Source: Azolla caroliniana
Lineage: Eukaryota; Plantae; Polypodiophyta
Assembly: GCA_043228905.1 (NCBI GenBank)
Contig: JBHGNT010000010.1
Span: 7,440,001 to 7,504,000 of the forward strand
Reading direction: 5' to 3'
DNA: 64,000 nucleotides
In this document: positions 21,110 to 31,305 of the stretch, one piece after another
Position numbering within the stretch: the stretch's first letter is position 1
How the letters are laid out: each line of letters starts with the position of its first letter
Notes under the pieces: generated by a model
Told to the model about the DNA's origin: nothing
Database searches by the model: none
Seen by the model: the letters and a program-made list of their open reading frames with translations, nothing else
Position numbers and translations under genes: made by a program

Positions 21110-24100
21110 GAGGTCGTTGCCTCTGTTGTAACCGCCGCCTGTGGCGAAGATCTGTGAGCACGAGGTCGTTGCCTCAGTGATCTCACTGCTGTATATTTCT
21201 GCATAGTGACAGTTTGCAGCTTGTGGGCTGCCATGGTTTTTCCCCTATTTTGGGGTTTTCCACGTATACCTCCTGTGTACCATTTCTCCTCTTTTGTGTC
21301 GCGTTTCATTACCTGTTTTTCTGTGTATGTAAAGAATCTCGGTTGTGGCCGAGCGTTGGACATAAGGAACGTCTAGTTCTCAACAAGTGGTATCAGAGCA
21401 AAATCGACACAGAAAATGGACGAATCGTTTGGCGGCATGTTCAAGCTCACCGGCTCCAACTATTCAGTGTGGAAGTCGAAGATGAGGGACATGCTCGTGG
21501 TTAAAGACCTCTGGCTGCCGGTTCAGTTCGGGGACAAGAGACCGGACAAAATCGACGCCGCGATATGGGAGGTGATGCACATGAAGACAACGGCGTACAT
21601 ACGGTGCTTCATCGATATGAGCCTGTACAACAACTTCAATGAAGAGAGTAAGGCTCATGAGCTCTGGGAGAAGATCGGCACAATGTTCCAGAACAAAAAT
21701 GTTGTCAATCATGCGTCGGTATTCCGGAAGCTTGTAAGACTCCGGTACCAAGATGGCTCCAGCATGGCGGAGCATATGAATGCCTTCCAGGGGCTGATTC
21801 ACCAGGCAACGTCATTGGAAGTACCTCTTGCCGATGAGGTCCTAGCGCTACTCCTGCTCGGTTCCCTCCCGGATAGCTGGGAGACATTGGTTGTTACTTT
21901 GGGCAATGCCGGGCCGGAAGGAAAACGGCTATCCCTAGCAAGAGTAAAGTCGAGCTTGCTAGATGAGGAGGCTCGTCGGAAAGACAAAGATACGAGCTCC
22001 GACTCCAATGCGCTCCTTACCAAATCGGAACGCGGAAGACAGAGAAACCGTAGTCCCCAGAACCGGGAGAAGTCGGGGGCACGATCAAAGTCAAGGGGGA
22101 GGCCTACTTGCTTCTATTGCGGCAAGCCGGGACACTTCCAAAAGAACTGTCGGCATTTCCGTAAAGACAAGGAAACCGACGGTACCGATTCGAAGCAAAC
22201 CCCGAACCGGAACGGTACAGACCGGAACGGTAAAGACCGGAGGGGGCCGGACCGGAAGGGAACGACGGCAATTGCGGCAAGTGAAGAGGAGTTGATGCTC
22301 ATCACCGAGGAGAGTGAGATAAACCATGCCGGCGACGAGATGACCTGGGTGGTAGACTCAGGAGCGTCGTTCCACCTTACCCCGGACCGGAAATGCTTCT
22401 CATCCTACTCAGCCGGTGATCACGGCTGTGTCCGGATGGGGAATGAAGGAACATGCCGAATTGTCGGCATAGGAGACGTGTGGCTGACAACACCAACCGG
22501 ATGTAAGTTGCTGTTGAAAGATGTCCGACACGTTCCGGAAGTTCGTCTGAACCTGATATCAGCCGGTCGGCTAGATGATGAAGGCTACACGGGTGGCATC
22601 CGGAACGGTGTCATGAAGTTCAGCAAAGGGAGCCTGATTGTGGCTCGGGCCCGGAAGGTAAACACACTGTACCTGATGAATGCCCGGTTATGTCCGGAAG
22701 AAGTGAACGTGGCTTCCGACACTGCCGGTGAGCTGTGGCACAAGAGGCTATGTCACATGAGTGAGAAGGGGATGAAGAGGCTTGGAGACGACAACCTCAT
22801 TCCAGTGAAGAACGTGCACTTAGAGAAGTGCACTGATTGTCTAGCCGGTAAGCAGAACCGGACCTCCTTCCGACCAAGGCCACCGATGAGACGTAATGCA
22901 CCACTGGAGTTGGTGTATACGGATGTTTGTCAAGTAGACACGAAGTCACATGCCGGAGCTCCACGCGAGAGTGGAAAGAGAAACTGGCTGGAAGCTGAAG
23001 GCAGTTTGAGCAGATAACGGAGGAGAATACTGGGGGCAGTTCGAGGAGTACTGCCGCTCGAAGGGAATCCGGCTCGAATTTACCGTGCCGAAGATGCCGG
23101 AACTAAACGGACTGGCCGAGAGGATGAACCGGACCATAATGGAGAGGGTCCGGAGTATGCTAACGCATGCAAAACTACCCAAGAAGTTTTGGGCTGAGGC
23201 ACTGTCGACGACGACATATGTGATAAATAGATCACCCTCAGTACCCTTGGACGGAGACACGCCACAGAGAGTATGGACCGGTAAGGAAGTGTCCTACCGG
23301 CATTTGAGGGTGTTCGGGTGTCTCGCGTACGTGCATGTAGCAAAGGACCGGAGAGGAAAGTTAGATCCAAAGACCCGGCCATGCATATTCCTCGGTTACG
23401 GTGACGATGAGTTCGGCTACCGAGTGTGGGACCCGGTCGACAAGAAGGTATTCCGGAGTCGAGATATTATCTTCATGGAGGACAAGACGCTCGCCGACTG
23501 GGAGTCGGAGAAGAAGATAGTGAACTCCGAGTCGATCGGTAAGGATAGACTCTACAATGAGCAGACCCAACCAGCAAGAGACCGGTTAGCACTCGAGGAA
23601 CCAGCCGGTTACGGTGAGGATACCGAACCGGCAGAAGAGGAAGTAGAGGAAGCTGAGACCGGAACCGGTCAAGATCCCGAATCGGATTCGGATGAAGAGC
23701 AAATGGAGGAACCGATTACCGAAGTCCGAAGACGTAGATATCCTCTCAGAGAGAGAAGGGCGCCCCAGAGATTTCCGGATGCAGAACATGTCCTGCTAAC
23801 CGATGAGGGGGAGCCGGAAAGCTTCGAAGAAGCGAAGGAAGACACCCATAGCTGAAAATGGTTAAGTGCCATGCAGGATGAGATGGATTCCCTTCATGAG
23901 AACCATACGTACGAATTGGTGGAGCTGCCGAAAGAAAAGCGGGCACTCCGAAACAAGTGGGTGTTCAAGTTGAAACCGGGAGATGCCGGCAATCCCCCGA
24001 GATACAAAGCCAGGATCGTGGTGAAGGGGTTCCAGCAGAAGAAGGGCGTGGACTTCGACGAAATATTCGCCCCGGTAGTAAAGATGACCTCCATCCGGAC

Positions 24101-26349
24101 GGTGCTGAGTATAGCAGCAAGCATGGATCTCGAGGTAGAGCAGCTGGACGTGAAGACGACATTCCTTCACGGCGACCTCGAAGAGGAGATCTACATGCAG
24201 CAACCGGAAGGATTTGTGGAGAAAGGGAAGGAGCATCTGGTATGCCGGTTGAAGAAGAGCCTGTACGGACTGAAGCAGGCTCCCCGGTAATGGTATCGGA
24301 AGTTCGACTCCTTCATGACCGATCAGGGGTACCACAAGACGCAGGCCGATCACTGCGTGTTTGTGAAGAAGTTCGAAGGAGGGGACTTCCTGATACTCCT
24401 CCTGTACGTGGATGACATGTTGATCGTCGGACGAGACCAAGGAAAAATACGGATGCTGAAGAAGGCTCTCAACCGGACCTTCTCAATGAAGGACTTGGGT
24501 CCGGCAAGATAGATGTTGGGGATGCACATCATTCGGGACCGGTCAGTGAAGCAACTATGGCTGTCACAGGAGAAGTATGTGACAAAGGTGCTTCACCAGT
24601 TCAACATGTCAGATGCAAAACCGGTCGGATCGACACTCCCGACAAACTGCAAGTTGTCCGGCAAGCAAAGCCCGAAGACAAAAGGAGAGAAGGCAGGTAT
24701 GATGAAGATTCCATATGCCTCTGCCGTCGGGAGCTTGATGTACGCAATGGTTTGTACCCGACCGAACATTGGATACGTAGTCGGAGTGGTGAGCCGGTTC
24801 ATGAGTAGTCCCAGCAAGGAGCATTGGAACGCGGTCAAGTGGATACTCCGGTATTTGAAGGGCACTTCAAATATGTGTCTCCGATTCGGCACCGGAAAAC
24901 CTAAACTGGACGGTTTCACCGATTCGGACATGTCGGCTGATGTGGATACCAGCCGGTCTACATCCGGGTATGTGATGACATATGCAGGGGGAGCTGTCTC
25001 GTGGCAGTCGAGGCTGCAGAAGACGGTTGCATTGTCAACCACAGAGGCGGAGTACATGGCAGCTGTGGAAGCCGGCAAGGAAATATTATGGATGAAGGAC
25101 TTCATCGGGGAGCTCGGTATCCGGCAAGAGGAATACTGACTCTACTGCGACAGTCAAAGTGCCATCCACCTTGCTAAGAATGCGGCTTACCATTCCCGGA
25201 CGAAGCATATCCAGCGGAGGTATCACTGGATCCGGGAAAGGGTAGATGACCAAGAGTTCGCATTGGCGAAGATCCACACGGCCGAGAACGGGTCAGATAT
25301 GCTGACCAAAGTGCTGACACCCGACAAGCTGGACGCATGCCGGAAGAGGATCGGGCTAGAAAGACACCCCATGCCGGAGTGAAGGGGGAGTTTGTTGGTA
25401 GACAGGTCCCTCCGGATGGGAAGGGAGAAGAACAGTGCCGACGAACAAACTCGGCTGAGGCCGAAACGGTATGAGCCGGATGGGGAGAACCCGACTGCGG
25501 AGAGTCGGATGGTGGAGTACCCGATTGCGGAAAGCCGGATGGGGAGAACCCGACTGCGGAGAGTCGGATGGTGTAGGCCCGACTGCGGAGAGTCGGATGG
25601 TAGAGTACCCGACTGCGGAGAGCCGGACGGGGAGTTACCCGACTGCGGAGAGCCGGATGAAGCCCATCAAGGCTACATTTGTATATAGCCGAAAAGTCAT
25701 ATTAGTATAAATATGACTTAGGGCAAACTTTGAGTTTCTTGTTGTTATTCTTTCTTGTTGGTGCAAGAAGAAATGAGAGCGCGTAACTGTACAGAGAGAG
25801 AGAGAGAGAGAGAGACGAGGTCGTTGCCTCTGTTGTAACCGCCGCCTGTGGCGAAGATCTGTGAGCACGAGGTCGTTGCCTCAGTGATCTCACTGCTGTA
25901 TATTTCTGCATAGTGACAGTTTGCAGCTTGTGGGCTGCCATGGTTTTTCCCCTATTTTGGGGTTTTCCACGTATACCTCCTGTGTACCATTTCTCCTCTT
26001 TTGTGTCGCGTTTCATTACCTGTTTTTCTATGTATGTAAAGAATCTCGGTTGTGGCCGAGCGTTGGACATAAGGAACGTCTAGTTCTAAACACTTTTGAC
26101 TACGTCGAGACTCTTTTTCGTGGTGGTTCAACTCTTGTAGCGAGCGCGGTAGCTCCAGGTATGACTCGACGCCACAACAGTGGTATGGGACGCTGATCGA
26201 GGCTCAAGTCCGTCTCGAGTCCGTCTCGATCCCTTCGCTCGGGGGTGGTCGGGTGGATCGGCACCCTTCTTTTTCTCTCTCCTTTCTATCTATCTATCTA
26301 TCATTCTTTTCTTCTTATCATACGCTTACATTAGATCATATCTCTAATA
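20500..26349 (+). mobile_element. Solo LTR E1 (20500-20718 + 26098-26349) with TG...TA termini, interrupted by element F
   Basis: TSD GGACC (20495-20499/26350-26354); near-identical to the LTR at 29744-30198. Confidence 0.88.
20719..26092 (+). mobile_element. Near-complete Tork-like Ty1/copia (element F), recently inactivated
   Basis: LTRs 20719-21385 and 25393-26092; TSD CTTTT; PBS 21388-21399; gag ATG 21416. Internal deletion in integrase near 22957 plus several stops. Confidence 0.95.
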
Positions 26350-27322
26350 GGACCTGGTTGACCTCAAAGATGTACTAGAGTCTGAACAAAGACAAGATTC
26401 AGCTGATCAGATGAAACAAGTGGATACAACACAACTATCAGTTGATCTTGGAGAGTAGCTTGTTCCAAATCTCCTAATGGAGTGAATTGTATAATACTTT
26501 GTATTTGTAACTGAAAAATTGTTTTGAAATATAAGACCTTTTCGTTTGAGTATAATTTCTTTAATCTATCCCATTGGTGCCTCGAACTTTATGTGTCTAT
26601 CATATGTTTACAAAGGTTGACTTGTAAAATATGTCGTTAAGTATAATTTCCATTGAATAGATGAGTTTAACTTATCATTTGTACGACAAATGTTGGTTCT
26701 AATTGTTTCTCAATTAATATAATTGGATTTAGTCTTTATTTTATGATTTATGTTGTCTTTAATCTTGGTAATTTAGTTTCTAGTAAACACAATAATATTA
26801 AGTCAACGTCGTTGCTCACATGATAATACATTCACATTGTTCATGTATGATTGGCATATAATGTTCGTAGTGAATTTTGGGCATGCGTGGTATATCGTGA
26901 AATATTTGTTTGTGAAAGTTTTTCTAATTAATCCAAAAATCCTATTTACAAAATCGACATAACAATCTTTATAAGATTTAGAGACAAATATAGTAACAAA
27001 ATTGCATTTCTAAATTTGTTAAGTTGGTTTCAAATTTAACATTATGTACAATGAAGAATATTACAATTATAGTTGGATGCATTCCCGTCATCTTATCTAA
27101 GATTAGGATAAATTTGTGCATGAATTGAGAAAATATGGGTTAAAATTTTAATCCTAAAAATATTAACTGCCTTTTTCAGTGATGTTTTTAAAAATCGTGT
27201 GCACATGCGTGATAGATTCTTGAAAGCTTGTTCAAAAATGGTAATTCTTGACATCTCACATATTTATCAATAAAGGAATGTGACATATTACCTGTTTCAA
27301 ATGTCCCGGTGTTAATTGAAAG

Positions 27323-27705
27323 ATAGATTAGTAGCGAAAGGGTTTCTAGCCAGAATATGGTGTCGACTTCAACAAAATATTCTCACCAATGGTGAAAATG
27401 ACCACCCTTTGGTTCTTGCTCGGGGTTGTGACAACCAAAGATCTGGAGTTGATCCAACTAGATGTTAAGATGACATTCCTCCATGGTGATCTAGAGGAGG
27501 AGATTTATATCGAATAGTCGAAAGGCTTTTTCGTATCCGACCAAGAACATCTTGTTTGCCGACTCAATAAGAGTCTTTACAGCCTGAAGCAGACACCAAG
27601 GCCATGGTATAAGAAGTTTGACGACTTCATACAATCAGCCAGCTTCTTCAAGAGCGATGAGGACCACTATATTTTCTCAAAAACAACTCAAGATGGATCA
27701 ACTCT
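27323..27705 (+). pseudogene. Ty1/copia RT fragment
   Basis: RLVAKGF..GVDFNKIFSPMVKMTT..QLDVKMTFLHGDLEEEIY..SLYSLKQTPRPWYKKFD. Confidence 0.85.
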
Positions 27706-28106
27706 ACGATTGACAACATAGCAGATGGGACTCAACTAAGTGTCTTTTGGTTGACCGATTCCAGTCATCAAGGCACCAGATGGGCTTAAGGAGAAATCAT
27801 TTCGATTGAGTTGAACATAGAGATGGCCTCGGACAATCGGCTTCGATTCGGCTTCAGCCTTTCGGACTAGCCGATTCGGCTTTCTTCATTTAGCCTCTGC
27901 CTATTCGGCAATAGCCGATTTATCTTAAACATCTCTTTGTATAAATCTGTATCTTGTTTACTCTTTTATTATAGATTTTTTTTTGTATATGCCCATAATG
28001 GGGGATTGTCGAATACAGGGATATAATGACTGTACTCAAATTGTCCCATTTGGACAAACGAGAACTAGGACATATCTTTAATATGATCGAATGGGAGTTG
28101 CCTCTT

Positions 28107-28137
<31 letters not shown>

Positions 28138-28399
28138 AAAAGATACTGAAATTTGTTGTTGTTTCATCCATGAAGTAAAACCATATTTACATCTTGAAAT
28201 AACCAAGTTCAGCACTAGAATTGCTCATACTAACAAAATGTGTACATTAATCTTCAGTCCCTTCTAATGATCCAAACATGACAATTTGATCAAATATTTA
28301 TTTAGTTTTATAATATATGATCCCACTACTTTGATTAAGTTGTTTTGAAACTCTCTGCTTTAATATGTTCATCTTGTTAATCTATCATAAACTTCTTGT

Positions 28400-29743
28400 T
28401 CTTCAACACGTAAGTGTTGTTTATGTTTTCACACTAACAACCGTACTTCCAACAAGTGGTATTGTGGGTAGTTGTACAAGTTCAACCAATGTTGTATGCG
28501 ATGGAAGATATTGTAGATACTATTTATCTACAACATTGTTGAATGCAAAACCCTTGAATCTTAAAATAGAGATTAGGAACACTTACATATAGCATATAGC
28601 AATTGGCAAGTAGCATTACTATTTGGCTTGAAGGTAATCCAATATATGATCGAGACGGTGTGCCTGGAAAATCATTGGAATCTAGATAGAGATTGTATAT
28701 AATCTCATTGGTTTTTTGGATAATATAAAACGTGATATTCAATGGGTGGAATTGCAATGACTTGTAATGTATCAAAAGTCATAAAACATTCTTCCTCCCT
28801 ATATGTCCTTACTCCAATCATAACATCCAATGGCATAAAGAACACTATTCACTTATATCTAGAGTTTCCAAAGTGCATTTCCATGTTATAAAAGATGTCT
28901 TGGATCACAGAAAACATTTCTTTCTTCTTCTAATGGTTTAGGTTTCCATTCCTACAACTAAGCCTCTATTACACCAACTCTTGGTAGCACTCAATCAATT
29001 TTAATGAACTCAAGTTCTATCCACACAATTGGTGTTATTTTCCTTTTCAAACCCCCGGTTGATTGTGTTGTTAGGTTTAGCTCCACCTTGTTTTCCTCTT
29101 GTGTAGTCGTTGGGCCTGGCTTCACCTTGTTTTGCTCTTGTATAGTCGACTGTGTCGTCTGGCCTACCATCACCTTTGTGCATGTAGATAATTTTCTAGT
29201 TGATATCAACCCACTAGTATCACATCCTACATCTACCTGCAAAATCAGATCATCTGAGCAACTGATTCAAACCCTTTAGAATCCTCAACATCAGAAAACA
29301 CCAACATATTCACACTAACAAAGTACCGAACAGTCTTAAAAAACAACATTATGAACATGAAATATTTTACGAAAAAAATCGTATTGTTATCTTAATATTC
29401 ATCGTAGAGTTCCATTATATGATGGGGATCAAGCAACAACCAATAATGGTTTTACTTGTCCAAATAGATCATATACATTAATTTTCGTAAGGAAAATAGC
29501 TAATTATCCTATCCCACTAAACATAGAGTAACTTAGTGCCCCTTGACTGAGTAATTGGTCTTGTCCCCAATTGAGGCCCCTTCCTCAGCCTTTTTCTAGA
29601 AGGTTGCCCATTCATCCTTGCTTCTTTCAACCATTGCGCAAGTGTGTCTTGCTCCGACAACCTATCCACCACCATAGTAGCTTTTTGCGCACCAGTCGCG
29701 TCTTGTGCTAGTTGTTCAAGAAGAGTGATATATGGTGGGACAT
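28400..29743 (-). pseudogene. Degenerate spliced gene of unknown function, truncated by LTR E2
   Basis: Coding-like segments 29743->~29530 and 29237->~28400 are separated by an AT-rich stretch ending in a TTTTGCAG acceptor; many stops; no recognised motif. Confidence 0.35.
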
Positions 29744-31205
29744 TGTTACGGGCATGACCATATAATATCCCGCGGTGAGAATTTACCATAGTATTCTATA
29801 CACATGGATAAGTGTGAGGGTTAAACGGGAGTGTAAAGAAGGGGAGGATTACTTTTAATCCTCAGGATTGAGACAACCCATTAGGCCAAGTGTGAACTTG
29901 CCTGGGGGCCTTGGGTATCGCAATAAATAAGAGGCCTAGCTACCCTCATTTGATCATCTTGTTGACTACGTCGAGACTCTGTCTTGTGGTGGGTCAATTC
30001 TTGTAGCAAGCGCCCGAGCTCCAGGTACAACTCGACGCCACGGCGGTGGTATGGGACGCCGATCGAGGCTCGAGTCCGTCTCGATCCCTTCGCTCAGGGG
30101 TGGTCGGGTGGATCGACACCCTTCTTTCTCTCTCTCCTTTCTATCTAGATCCATATTCTATCCTTATCTAATGCTTACATTAGTTCATGTCTTTAATAGT
30201 TGGTATCAGAGCTAATGTGCTAATGTTTCTTTTGTTGATTGATGGTGATCGATCAATGTGCGGTTGGCCTTGATCCAGACAACGATCAACAAAAGAACTT
30301 CAGTAATCTTTCTTGTTTTTTCTATTCTTTCTTCTCCCAATTTAATCATGTGTATGGTTAATATGTAATTTTTTTATTATATATATTCAATGATGTTGAA
30401 GTGGTAATTAATTGGTTGTATAAAACGTTTACATATGTGTATGAGGTCAATACCTCATTTGACATATATTGAATATGTGATTAATGTCGTATGTGCACGA
30501 GGTTAATACCTCAATTGCGTATTACGCTCACATACATATGTTACGTATGCGTATGGGGTCAATACCTCAATTTTATTGTAAATGATATGTGTTTGGTGTC
30601 GTATGAGTATGAGGTCAATACCTCAATTGCGTATTACGATTAACCCTTATTTTTTTATGTTTTGTGTGCGTAGAGACTACATTCCTCGATTACGTGTCTT
30701 GATTTCATCATATGATGGCTATTTGATGTAACGATTTGTTTAATATATGCATGTGGTCACATGTATACGTATTTGATCATATATATGTGATAAATAAACA
30801 TATGTGTATATTTGATATTACGTGATCTTTAGATCGAATGTTTTCCTTTTCGAGGAAAGGATCTTGGTGGTCGTCCTCACATTTTGGTGAGAATGGCGTT
30901 GTCACCATACCTTTTTTTCAACAATTTTTTATTGTTGACATTCCCATTGGTGACTTCGATTTTATTATGTAAAGAAATGCCTATAGCCACAATGATGTCG
31001 AGAACGTAGGGCTTGACCCACTTCATGTGAGGTCACTCCTATGACACACAAACCCTAAACATCCCTCCCTCGTTACATGGATACGATGCCACCATGAGAT
31101 CATTCTTACGAAAGGCATTCGTAATGACGTAACCATGTGATGGGCCATGGGCCTACTACGAAAAGAGGGCTCATTTGGCTTGACCATTAGGTTGCACTTT
31201 GGCGA
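29744..31205 (+). mobile_element. 5' end of an LTR element (E2): LTR 29744-30198, iMet PBS 30201-30212, long AT-rich leader, running into the gap
   Basis: LTR is homologous to solo LTR E1; ends ..TAATA followed by GT TGGTATCAGAGC. Confidence 0.85.
30430..30700. repeat. ~56-bp-period degenerate tandem repeat with hairpin core GAGG-TCAATA-CCTCA
   Basis: Cores at ~30443, 30499, 30555 and 30611, with a weak fifth at ~30673. Confidence 0.75.
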
Positions 31206-31305
31206 NNNNNNNNNNNNNNNNNNNNNNNNNNNNNNNNNNNNNNNNNNNNNNNNNNNNNNNNNNNNNNNNNNNNNNNNNNNNNNNNNNNNNNNNNNNNNNN
31301 NNNNN
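31206..31305. other. Assembly gap (100 N)
   Basis: Run of n. Confidence 1.

Larger units (their letters stand above)
20108..26485 (+). pseudogene. Beta-class N4-C/N6-A DNA methyltransferase (N6_N4_Mtase-like) pseudogene, C-terminal part; exons 20108-20219, 20298-20499 and 26355-26485, split by a solo LTR
   Basis: Frame from 20108 reads GDKCLVNPYQKP*LLIKRLVEMFSNLDD*VLDLFSGT-G. An AT-rich ~78-nt intron ends TTATTCAG at 20297. Then GTTIVCALKLFRNYVTLENE, a frameshift, VNFIKMRIQG. The tail ..EPIDEGGD|LVDLKDVLESEQ.. rejoins in frame across the TSD GGACC. Confidence 0.8.

Noticed and set aside
20500-30198. E1 and E2 as the two LTRs of one element carrying 26350-29743 as cargo
   Set aside because: E1 has its own TSD (GGACC) and no PBS after it, while E2 is followed by a PBS. 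They are separate insertions.
30430-30700. CRISPR array
   Set aside because: Repeats are short and degenerate, spacers are related to each other, there are no cas genes, and it lies in a plant LTR leader.
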